Assembly: GCA_964544225.1 (NCBI GenBank)
Contig: CAZIZK010000002.1
Coordinates: 141,212-205,211 of the forward strand
Direction of reading: 5' to 3'
DNA from: an uncultured Candidatus Saccharibacteria bacterium
GTDB taxonomy: Bacteria; Patescibacteriota; Minisyncoccia; Phycocordibacterales; UBA9973
DNA length: 64,000 nucleotides
The position numbers and the translations under genes were made by a program. This document shows, piece after piece, positions 56,408 through 64,000 of the stretch (position 1 is its first letter; each line of letters begins with the position of its first letter). Under the pieces are notes generated by a model. The model was not told where the DNA came from and did no database searches. It worked only from the letters and a program-made list of their open reading frames with translations.

Positions 56408-58597
56408 ATGGAAAATAAGGAACCTAATATAGATTCGAAATTACTTTCACCCTACAACCCAGGCGCTACCGAAGACCGTATTTATAAACTCTGGGAGGAG
56501 AGCGGTTTTTTCAACCCTGATATATGTATAGAAAAGGGTGTGACAGATGAAAATGCGGAGCCCTTCTCTATCGTGTTACCACCACCAAATGTTACAGGAA
56601 CTCTACACATAGGTCACGCAGCTATGCTCGTGATCGAAGACATAATGGTACGCTTTGCGCGCATGCAAGGTCGCCCAACACTATGGCTACCTGGTACTGA
56701 CCACGCAGCTATCGCTACTCAGAGCAAGGTAGAAAAGATATTGGAGAAGGAAGAAGGCAAAAGAAAGTCAGACTTGGGTCGCGAAGAATTTCTAAACCGT
56801 GTAAACCAATTTGCCCAAGAATCACACGACACAATAGTGAACCAGATGAAGAAGATGGGTACATCTGTGGACTGGTCCCGCGAAGCATTTACGCTCGATG
56901 ACAAGCGCAACTTTGCTGTACGCACCGCTTTCAAGAAGATGTACGACGATGGCCTGATATATCGTGGCCACCGCATAGTGAACTGGGATCCAAAAGGCCA
57001 AACTGTAATATCTGATGACGAAGTTGTATATGAGGAGCGTAAGGCAAAGCTGTACACATTTAAATACTCAGCCGACTTCCCTATCTCTATATCAACAACT
57101 CGACCTGAGACCAAAGTTGGTGACACAGCAGTAGCTGTAAATCCAGCAGATGAGCGCTATACACAATACATAGGTAAAGAATACGATCTTGTATTCTGTG
57201 GAGTTCCAATCCATATCAAGATAATTGCCGATGAAAGTGTAGAGAAGGATTTCGGTACAGGAGCATTAGGTGTCACACCGGCACACAGCCAGATAGATGC
57301 AGACATAGCAACTCGACACAATCTACCAACAATGCAAGTTATCAACGAATTTGCAAAGATGATGATAGGTGCCGACAACCTAATGGGTAAGAAGGTTACA
57401 GAAGCTCGCGAAATAATTACCGAATGGCTACGCAATGAAGGATTAATGGAGAAAGAAGAGGAAATAACTCAGAATGTTTCTACTGCAGAACGTACAGGGG
57501 CTATTATCGAACCATTACCAAAGTTACAATGGTTCATAAATGTAAACAAAGGAATTGCCGATCGTGGTAACAAAACTCTAAAGGAACTAATGCTTGCCCC
57601 TATTAAAGATGGTGCGATAGGTATACTGCCGGACCGTTTTGAAAAGGTGTACTACAACTGGGTAGAGAACTTGCGTGATTGGTGTATTAGTCGCCAGATA
57701 TGGTACGGACACAGAATCCCTGTATGGTACAAAGGTGAAGAAATATATTGCGGTATTGAATCACCTGAGGGTGATGGCTGGGTACAAGATGAAGATACAC
57801 TAGATACATGGTTCTCTTCAGGCCTTTGGACATTCTCCACACTTGGCTGGCCAGACATGGATAGCCCTGACTTGAAGAAGTACCACCCTACTACAGTCCT
57901 TGAAACAGGTTACGATATCATATTCTTCTGGGTGGCACGTATGATACTAATGTCGCAATACCTAATGGGTGAAGTACCTTTCCGTACTGTATACATGCAC
58001 GGCCTTGTTCGCGATGCAAAGGGTCGCAAGATGAGTAAGTCACTAGGCAATATTATCGACCCACTAGATATGATAACGAAATATGGTGCCGATGCTGTAC
58101 GTATGTCACTAATCATTGGTACAGGCCCTGGTAACGATACTAAAATGTCAGAAGATAAAATAAAGGCTTACAAACACTTTGCAAACAAGTTGTGGAATAT
58201 TACACGATTCATCATGACATATACCGAAGGCACACAATACGACCCAACATTTAAGAACTTTACGAATGTAGATTTGAAATTAATAAAAGAGCGCGATGAA
58301 CTGATCAGCACAATCACAAAAGAAATATCTGAATACAAGTTCTACCTTGCAGGCGACAAGATATACCAATACACTTGGGCACGACTTGCCGATGTGATAC
58401 TGGAGGAAAGTCGCCCAATATTTATGGATGGTACCGATGAGGACAAAGCTTCACGTGCACAGTTCCTTCTTTCAACTCTGCAAACAATTATTAAAACTCT
58501 CCACCCATTCATGCCATATGTCACAGAAGAATTGTGGTCAATATTACCAATTGATAACAAGAACCTATTGATGGTTACAAAATGGCCACAGTCATAA
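56408..58597 (+). CDS. valS: valyl-tRNA synthetase (short form, no C-terminal coiled-coil)
   Basis: PPPNVTGTLHIGHA (HIGH), KMSKSLGN, ValRS-type editing/CP1 region. 729 aa. Confidence 0.9.
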   Translation: MENKEPNIDSKLLSPYNPGATEDRIYKLWEESGFFNPDICIEKGVTDENAEPFSIVLPPPNVTGTLHIGHAAMLVIEDIMVRFARMQGRPTLWLPGTDHAAIATQSKVEKILEKEEGKRKSDLGREEFLNRVNQFAQESHDTIVNQMKKMGTSVDWSREAFTLDDKRNFAVRTAFKKMYDDGLIYRGHRIVNWDPKGQTVISDDEVVYEERKAKLYTFKYSADFPISISTTRPETKVGDTAVAVNPADERYTQYIGKEYDLVFCGVPIHIKIIADESVEKDFGTGALGVTPAHSQIDADIATRHNLPTMQVINEFAKMMIGADNLMGKKVTEAREIITEWLRNEGLMEKEEEITQNVSTAERTGAIIEPLPKLQWFINVNKGIADRGNKTLKELMLAPIKDGAIGILPDRFEKVYYNWVENLRDWCISRQIWYGHRIPVWYKGEEIYCGIESPEGDGWVQDEDTLDTWFSSGLWTFSTLGWPDMDSPDLKKYHPTTVLETGYDIIFFWVARMILMSQYLMGEVPFRTVYMHGLVRDAKGRKMSKSLGNIIDPLDMITKYGADAVRMSLIIGTGPGNDTKMSEDKIKAYKHFANKLWNITRFIMTYTEGTQYDPTFKNFTNVDLKLIKERDELISTITKEISEYKFYLAGDKIYQYTWARLADVILEESRPIFMDGTDEDKASRAQFLLSTLQTIIKTLHPFMPYVTEELWSILPIDNKNLLMVTKWPQS

Positions 58598-59289
58598 CAC
58601 TCAAAACTATTGTTTATGCAATACTCGGAGGGGCTCTCCCCGCAGTATTCTGGCTATGGTTCTGGCTTCGTGAAGAGGACAAGAACAATAAGGAGCCAAG
58701 AGGGTTAATAGCATTGTCATTTATCACAGGTGCACTCGTAGTTATACTTGCACTCGGTGTAGAGAGGCTTACATCACAATTCATGGGGCCTGGAACTGTA
58801 CGTACTATCGCCTGGGCTGCCGTAGAAGAATTGTTGAAATACGCAGCTGTAGCAACTGTAGTCATAGGTAGCAGTGCCATACGCAAGCCTATCGACTACC
58901 CTATGTATTTTATAGCAGTGGCATTGGGCTTTGCAGCACTCGAGAATGTCCTATTCCTACTACACCCTATCGCAACCAATGGAACTATCGTTGGTGCACT
59001 CACAGGTAACTTGCGATTCCTCGGTTCCACACTATTGCATGCTATTGCAAGTGCGATGATCGGTTCAGCTATGGGGCTGGCATTCTATCAGGATTGGTTC
59101 CGAAGAAATTTATATGTATTTATTGGAGTAATCAGTGCTATTACCTTGCACTCATTGTTTAATTTATTTATAATGAAAGGAAGCGGGGAGAATTTCCTAC
59201 AAGTATTCGGATTCATCTGGATCGTCGCGATTATAAATATACTTATTTTTGAAAAGCTAAAGCGTATGGGTGGTGAAGTAGACGCTTAA
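58582..59289 (+). CDS. PrsW-family intramembrane metalloprotease-like protein
   Basis: Polytopic. EExxK motif (VEELLKYAAV), FAALEN, His-containing helices (LLHAIASAM, LHSLFN) matching PrsW/CAAX-protease-like signatures. Overlaps the valS stop by 16 nt. Confidence 0.6.
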   Translation: MATVITLKTIVYAILGGALPAVFWLWFWLREEDKNNKEPRGLIALSFITGALVVILALGVERLTSQFMGPGTVRTIAWAAVEELLKYAAVATVVIGSSAIRKPIDYPMYFIAVALGFAALENVLFLLHPIATNGTIVGALTGNLRFLGSTLLHAIASAMIGSAMGLAFYQDWFRRNLYVFIGVISAITLHSLFNLFIMKGSGENFLQVFGFIWIVAIINILIFEKLKRMGGEVDA

Positions 59290-59301
59290 ATTTAAATTAT
59301 T

Positions 59302-59811
59302 ATGACAAAAAAGAAATCATTTTTTGAAAGACTCACAGGTGGTATGCGCATGGATGATGAAGAAGAAGTGGATGAATCAGTCACTACAAAACGTGGCTCT
59401 ACTATAGCGAATCTTCACACAAAGAACCCTATTATAAAAGGCATGGATGCCGATGAAGAGTCTACTGAGGTGGAAGACGAGGAAGGCCAGCTAACAGTCG
59501 ATGTATACCAAACAGCCAATGAAATAGTGGTTCAGACTATGGTAGCAGGGGTTGAACCTCAGCACCTATCAGTAACTATCACACACGAGATGATCACTAT
59601 CCGTGGCAAGCGCGAGGCTCCTCGTGGTATCGATGAAGACAAATACATTACTCGCGAACTTTATTGGGGTTCATTCTCACGAACTATCGAGTTCCCCCAG
59701 GAAATAGAGCCCGATGAAGCCGAAGCAGTGGAAAAGAATGGATTGCTAACTATCAAACTCCCTATCATAAACAAACAAAAGCAAACAGTTCTAAAAGTAA
59801 AATCATTCTAA
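59302..59811 (+). CDS. Hsp20/alpha-crystallin family small heat shock protein
   Basis: Alpha-crystallin domain (LTVDVYQTANEIVVQTMVAGVEPQHLSVTITHEMITIRGKRE...LLTIKLPI), acidic N-terminal region. Confidence 0.8.
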   Translation: MTKKKSFFERLTGGMRMDDEEEVDESVTTKRGSTIANLHTKNPIIKGMDADEESTEVEDEEGQLTVDVYQTANEIVVQTMVAGVEPQHLSVTITHEMITIRGKREAPRGIDEDKYITRELYWGSFSRTIEFPQEIEPDEAEAVEKNGLLTIKLPIINKQKQTVLKVKSF

Positions 59812-59815
59812 ACAA

Positions 59816-59841
59816 AAAGCTCCCATACGGGAGCTTTTTGT
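59816..59841. terminator. bidirectional terminator gctccc-atac-gggagc with A/T runs
   Basis: aaaaagctcccatacgggagcttttt. Confidence 0.65.
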
Positions 59842-59859
59842 TTATTAGTTATTTTTTTG

Positions 59860-59932
59860 TGCTCGGGACCAGGGTCGAACTGGTGACCTATCCCTCTTCA
59901 GGGGAGCGCTCTACCAACTGAGCTACCCGAGC
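59860..59932 (-). tRNA. tRNA-Phe (anticodon GAA)
   Basis: Manually folded: acceptor GCUCGGG/CCCGAGC, D-arm GCUC-AGUUGGUA-GAGC, anticodon loop CUGAAGA, T-arm ACCAG-UUCGACC-CUGGU, discriminator A. 73 nt. Confidence 0.8.
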
Positions 59933-60078
59933 ATTTTGTAAACCATTTATCTTTAATTTAAAGTGCGTGTCGCGTTATCCCTACCAAAACAGCTACCTGA
60001 ACAAATTGTTTAAAACCATTTATCTTTAATTTAAAGTGCGTGTCGCGTTATCCCTACCAAAACAGCTACCCGAGCGAT
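59933..60078 (-). repeat. two tandem 73-bp direct repeats derived from the tRNA-Phe 5' end
   Basis: 57-nt identical core at 59941-59997 and 60014-60070, period 73 bp (the tRNA length). Each unit begins (minus strand) with about 22 nt matching the tRNA-Phe 5' end (GCUCGGGUAGCU...UUGGUAG), then diverges into non-tRNA sequence. Confidence 0.7.
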
Positions 60079-60374
60079 TAATTCTGAATTTGATTCAACA
60101 ATTCTTGCAAATGTTTAACATCTGGAACAGAGTTACTAACCTTCTTTAGAGTATCTACATCATCGCTTACACCATTATAATAAGACAAAAGACCGTCTAT
60201 ATATGGCTGTATAAAGTAGTATGCACCAAATGAGATTCCAAGTATTATAATCCAATAAAATACTCGGTATATCTGGGTCCATCGCTGGATACGAAGCATC
60301 TTGCGAAGCATATCATTGTTATCCTTCGATAAACGAAGGTTTTCTTGTAGCATCTTTTTTACTTCAGGATCCAT
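60078..60374 (-). CDS. hypothetical small membrane protein (98 aa)
   Basis: Single TM (IYRVFYWIIILGISFGAYYFI). Stop codon 4 nt from the tRNA-derived repeat. Confidence 0.4.
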   Translation of the reverse strand: MDPEVKKMLQENLRLSKDNNDMLRKMLRIQRWTQIYRVFYWIIILGISFGAYYFIQPYIDGLLSYYNGVSDDVDTLKKVSNSVPDVKHLQELLNQIQN

Positions 60375-60433
60375 AGACAGATATTAGCATAAAAGCCTAT
60401 AAAAATAAAGGTGCCCTCACTTGCTTTATAATG

Positions 60434-60505
60434 TGCCCTCGTCAGGAGTCGAACCTGAATCAGCTCGTTAGGAGTGAGCCGTTCTATCCATTGAACTACG
60501 AGGGC
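60434..60505 (-). tRNA. tRNA-Arg (anticodon CCU)
   Basis: Manually folded: acceptor GCCCUCG/CGAGGGC, D-arm GUUC-AAUGGAUA-GAAC, anticodon loop CUCCUAA (A-C mismatch closing the stem), T-arm UCAGG-UUCGACU-CCUGA. 72 nt. Isotype is less certain than for the other three. Confidence 0.65.
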
Positions 60506-60563
60506 ATTATACTAAAAGCACCCTTTCGGGTGCCTCTATAATACGATATTTCGAGATAAATTG

Positions 60564-60803
60564 CTATTCTGTAATACCCAATAGTTCTACTATCTTTGGC
60601 TTGTTAAAACCTACGATAAGGTTGTTGTCTATCTGTATAACTGGCACACCCATCTGACCAGACTTCTGGATCATTTCAGTACGCTTTGCAGGATCCTCCC
60701 CTACGTTATAGTCGGTAAATTCTACATTGTGTTCTTTAAAGAAATCCTTGGCCATGTGGCAAAAGTGACATGTTGGTGTACTGTATATTGTAACTGTACT
60801 CAT
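60564..60803 (-). CDS. glutaredoxin-like/NrdH-like thiol-disulfide oxidoreductase
   Basis: CxxC active site TCHFCH near the N-terminus, thioredoxin-fold spacing, cis-Pro context GVPVIQI. 79 aa. Confidence 0.8.
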   Translation of the reverse strand: MSTVTIYSTPTCHFCHMAKDFFKEHNVEFTDYNVGEDPAKRTEMIQKSGQMGVPVIQIDNNLIVGFNKPKIVELLGITE

Positions 60804-60877
60804 AAAATAAATATAAATTAATTAATAAGGTCTAGGTATTGTATCACAAAAAATCAAAATGGGTAAACTACGCACAA

Positions 60878-61270
60878 TTAATTAAAAAGGTTCTTAAAGA
60901 ATCCAATAAATCCGGAACTTTTCTGTACTATAGGAGCCTGCGGGTTCGCTACATCATCCTTGTTATCTTGGTCGACTATTACCACCATCTTCTCACCTGG
61001 CTTTACTAGCTGATATTTATCTCGGATAGCTTCTTCGGTACCTATCTCTGTATTTAGCTTGTCTATATTGCCTTGTAAGTTGGCTTCCCTCCCTTTTAGT
61101 GAGTTGATCTGGGTCGATACTGTATCTTTCTTCTTCTTTGTATCACGCATTTTGTCCACCAAGCCGATCATATTATACATAAATACCAATACTACACACA
61201 AAAGTAAGAATAGTGTCAATGGTGAATATTTAATACTAGTTTTTTGTGATGTTTTTTGCAAATCTTTCAT
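60878..61270 (-). CDS. septum formation initiator (FtsB/DivIC-like)
   Basis: N-terminal TM, coiled coil, EEAIRDKYQLVKPGEKMVVI matches the FtsB ARE.LG...PGE signature. Confidence 0.6.
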   Translation of the reverse strand: MKDLQKTSQKTSIKYSPLTLFLLLCVVLVFMYNMIGLVDKMRDTKKKKDTVSTQINSLKGREANLQGNIDKLNTEIGTEEAIRDKYQLVKPGEKMVVIVDQDNKDDVANPQAPIVQKSSGFIGFFKNLFN

Positions 61271-61403
61271 ATTCTGGTATGATTATAACATGTTTTTCGA
61301 CCCTAAACACCAACGCAAAATAAGGACAGTTTTTGGCATAATATCAGTACTTATCATAATCAGTATGATATTACTTTACATGCCGATATTCCAATAAAGA
61401 TTA

Positions 61404-63263
61404 CTATTCTTTATTGCGCATCATTTTTAGGAAGACATCATGAGGGATGTTTACTTTTCCGGCTGCCGCCATCTTCTTCTTACCCTTCTTTTGCTTCTCC
61501 CATAGCTTCCTCTTACGAGTGATATCACCACCATACATGTGCTGAGTCACGTCTTTACTAAAAGCTTTTACACTTTCAGAAGATATAATACGTCCTAGGG
61601 CCTTGCCCTGGATCTTGAAGGCGAACATTTGTCTTGGCATTACCTTTTGTAGTTTCTCTACCTGAGTCTTTGCCTCCTCTTCTACACGGCGACGTGACAC
61701 AATACGAGTAAAGGCCACCATTGGCTCGTCAGCTACTAGTATGTCTAGGCGTACTACATCGGCCTCGCGGTATTCACCTATATCATACGATATCGATGCG
61801 TATCCAGAACTGAGGCTCTTTAGTTCGTCAAAGAAGTCACGCATTAGTTCACGCAGTGGCATCTCGATAGTTAGGGCGGATCTATTGTCGCCAAAGTTCT
61901 CGGTTATATTTACAGTTGCTTCGTGGTCGTATAGGAATGGCATCAATACAATAATGTATTTTGTAGGCAATATGATCTTTACATCTACCCATGGCTCAAA
62001 TATCTTTACGATATTACCATCATCAGGGAACATGTGTGGTGAGTAAACCACTTGTTCCTTGCCACCTTTTAATACCACTTTATAGTTGATAGATGGCATA
62101 GTTACCACCAGGTCCAGGTCGAACTCGCGACTCAAACGTTCGGTAATTATTTCCAAGTGCAACATACCTAGGAACCCACAGCGGAAGCCTCGGCCCAGCG
62201 AGCCCGATGTCTCTTCTTCATGCGAGAACGATGAGTCTGAAAGGCGCAGTTTACTAAATGCGGCTTTTAATTCTGGAAAGTCGTCCGCACTCTCTGGGTA
62301 TACCGATGCCCACACCACAGGACTTGGCTTCATATAGCCTGGTAGTTCTGGTGAAGGGTTCTTTGTATATGTTATGGTGTCACCCACCGATGCGATACCC
62401 GGCTTCTTTATACCTGTAACTATGTAGCCTATTTCCCCTACACTTATTTTATCTCTCGGAGTTTCTTCGGGTGAGAATGTTCCAACTTCAAGTGAGATAA
62501 ATTTCTCATCAGATATAGCAAATATCATAGACTCACCTTTTATAAAGCTACCGTCCACAACACGTACATACACTATTACCCCACGATGATTGTCGTATTT
62601 AAAGTCAAAAACTAGTGCCCTGTTCAAGTTAGAACTATCTGAACCAGTAGATGTTGTTATAAAGTCTTCTTTACGAAATTCAGGTGAAGGAACACGCTTT
62701 ACTATCTCATCGAGAAGTTCGGCGACACCTGCACCCGTCTTACCAGAAACTTCCAATATTTCACTTGGATCAATATTTAACAACAAAGCCAATTCCATCT
62801 TTACATCGTCTACACGAGCAAGTGGCGAGTCTATCTTGGACAATACAGGGATGATTACAAGGCCTGAATCGCGTGCCATCTGTAATGTGGTAAGTGTCTG
62901 CGCCTGGACACCTTGAGTCGAGTCTACGAGCAATATAGAGCCTTCTACGGCCTTTAGGGCACGTGATACCTCGTAAGAGAAGTCGATATGCCCCGGTGTA
63001 TCGATCAGGTTCAAAATGTATTCCTCTTTTTCATCCTTACTACTTTCTACATTCTGCTTGCTACTTCTCCAAACCATACGAACTGGTTGCATCTTTATGG
63101 TTATGCCACGCTCACGCTCTAGCTCCATCGAGTCTAGGACCTGGTCCTTCATCTTGCGGGCCTCAATAGTACCTGTCACTTCCAACATACGGTCAGCGAG
63201 TGTACTCTTGCCGTGGTCAATGTGAGCTATGATACTGAAATTTCTAATATTTTTTATTTCCAT
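61404..63263 (-). CDS. lepA: elongation factor 4 (LepA)
   Basis: IRNFSIIAHIDHGKSTLADR, DTPGHIDF, LepA-specific C-terminal domain. 619 aa. Confidence 0.95.
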   Translation of the reverse strand: MEIKNIRNFSIIAHIDHGKSTLADRMLEVTGTIEARKMKDQVLDSMELERERGITIKMQPVRMVWRSSKQNVESSKDEKEEYILNLIDTPGHIDFSYEVSRALKAVEGSILLVDSTQGVQAQTLTTLQMARDSGLVIIPVLSKIDSPLARVDDVKMELALLLNIDPSEILEVSGKTGAGVAELLDEIVKRVPSPEFRKEDFITTSTGSDSSNLNRALVFDFKYDNHRGVIVYVRVVDGSFIKGESMIFAISDEKFISLEVGTFSPEETPRDKISVGEIGYIVTGIKKPGIASVGDTITYTKNPSPELPGYMKPSPVVWASVYPESADDFPELKAAFSKLRLSDSSFSHEEETSGSLGRGFRCGFLGMLHLEIITERLSREFDLDLVVTMPSINYKVVLKGGKEQVVYSPHMFPDDGNIVKIFEPWVDVKIILPTKYIIVLMPFLYDHEATVNITENFGDNRSALTIEMPLRELMRDFFDELKSLSSGYASISYDIGEYREADVVRLDILVADEPMVAFTRIVSRRRVEEEAKTQVEKLQKVMPRQMFAFKIQGKALGRIISSESVKAFSKDVTQHMYGGDITRKRKLWEKQKKGKKKMAAAGKVNIPHDVFLKMMRNKE

Positions 63264-63266
63264 ATT

Positions 63267-64000
63267 TTATTCTATAAATCCTCCAGCTTGATGATTCCAC
63301 AAATCAGCATATACACCATTTTTCTCTATTAATTCTTTATGACTACCTTGCTCAACTATATTACCTTCTTCAAGTACTATTATCCTATCCATCTTCTGAA
63401 TTGTTGAGAGTCTATGTGCAATAACTATGGTTGTCTTACCTTCCATAAGTTCACCAAAAGCTTCTTGGATATAACTTTCAGAAACACTGTCGAGCGCTGA
63501 TGTTGCCTCGTCCAATATTAATATTGGTGCATTCTTTATCATAGCACGGGCAATAGACACTCTCTGGCGTTCACCACCAGATAGCTTGACCCCACGCTCA
63601 CCCACCTTTGTATCATAAGTATTTTGTAGCTTTGAAATAAATTCATCTGCATGCGCTTTCTTTGCCACCTCTGCCACTTCTTCATTTGTTGCATTAGGCT
63701 TACCATATGCAATATTCTCGCGGATAGTTCGGTGGAACAATATTGATTCCTGTGGCACATAGGAAATAGCCGAACGCAGATCATCCTGAGTTACGTTGCG
63801 TATATCCTGACCATCGATAGTTATAGAACCTGCTGTAACATCCATGAATCGTAGTATCAAGTTCGTTATAGTAGACTTACCAGCACCAGAGTGACCCACC
63901 ACACCAATACGCTCACCGGGTTTGATATCGAGGTTAAAATTCTTTAGAACTTCTTGATTATTATTATTGTAAACAAAGTCTACATTGTTAAACACCAAAT
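63267..64000 (-). CDS. ABC transporter ATP-binding domain (C-terminal NBD of an MsbA-like exporter), partial - N-terminus beyond window end
   Basis: Walker A GHSGAGKST, signature LSGGERQRVSIARAM, Walker B ILILDEATSALD, H-loop. ORF still open at base 64000. Confidence 0.85.
   Translation of the reverse strand, partial: LVFNNVDFVYNNNNQEVLKNFNLDIKPGERIGVVGHSGAGKSTITNLILRFMDVTAGSITIDGQDIRNVTQDDLRSAISYVPQESILFHRTIRENIAYGKPNATNEEVAEVAKKAHADEFISKLQNTYDTKVGERGVKLSGGERQRVSIARAMIKNAPILILDEATSALDSVSESYIQEAFGELMEGKTTIVIAHRLSTIQKMDRIIVLEEGNIVEQGSHKELIEKNGVYADLWNHQAGGFIE

Noticed and set aside
59933-60078. Possible CRISPR array
   Set aside because: Only two repeat copies, 57-nt repeat with about 16-nt spacer, tRNA-derived sequence, no cas genes. 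Not CRISPR. No other periodic repeat-spacer structure seen in the window.
1-64000. Mobile elements (IS/transposase/integrase), rRNA genes, prophage
   Set aside because: No transposase- or integrase-like ORF, no terminal inverted repeats flanking a cassette, and no rRNA-like conserved stretches. The only mobility-like signals are compositional (AT-rich cassette 6600-7760) and the tRNA-Phe-derived repeats, reported as findings and not as mobile_element features.

Overview
This 64 kb window is a low-GC, tightly packed bacterial chromosomal segment, almost entirely housekeeping genes mixed with many small hypothetical proteins. Several traits (short AlaRS and ValRS, many unassignable membrane or secreted proteins, weak Shine-Dalgarno use) suggest a reduced-genome bacterium, possibly Patescibacteria/CPR, but that is an inference and not established. 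Recognisable genes, in order: CorA C-terminal fragment, cysS, an orphan sensor histidine kinase operon (EamA-family transporter, Cys-rich membrane protein, hypothetical, kinase), a polyamine cluster (agmatinase-like, DHS-like and SpeA-type arginine decarboxylase) interrupted by an AT-rich nucleoside-deoxyribosyltransferase-like/NUDIX cassette, an AstE/AspA-family deacylase plus ATP-grasp pair, dnaJ-dnaK, a divergent wHTH/Cas2-like regulator, grpE, the rpsI-rplM-rplQ-rpoA-rpsD-rpsK-rpsM-rpmJ-infA ribosomal block, alaS (short form), mnmA, L,D-transpeptidase, dnaQ-like exonuclease, mltG, typA, rseP, frr, holB-like, mreB, a PriA-like protein with degenerate helicase motifs, rpsU, ybeY, ftsA, a 2-hydroxyacid dehydrogenase, ftsZ, trxB, a GlmU-type nucleotidyltransferase, gmk, tsaD, valS, a PrsW-like protease, Hsp20, a glutaredoxin-like protein, an FtsB-like protein, lepA and a partial ABC-transporter ATPase. 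Four tRNAs (Glu, Val, Phe, Arg) lie on the minus strand. I found no rRNA, CRISPR array, transposase or integrase. The most interesting non-obvious signals are: (1) a candidate non-HrcA heat-shock regulator, a wHTH + Cas2-like protein, divergent from dnaK across a promoter-embedded palindrome; (2) an ATP-grasp ligase plus AstE/AspA deacylase pair, a possible reversible tagging or amide-ligase system; (3) an AT-rich hairpin-flanked NDT-like + NUDIX cassette inside the polyamine locus; (4) a ~120 nt structured intergenic element between speA and the DHS-like gene; (5) tandem 73-bp repeats derived from the tRNA-Phe 5' end; (6) a duplicated promoter-leader module in front of two adjacent hypothetical genes; (7) a PriA-like protein whose Walker A and DExH motifs are degenerate. 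All functional calls come from motif recognition by eye. No database search was run.
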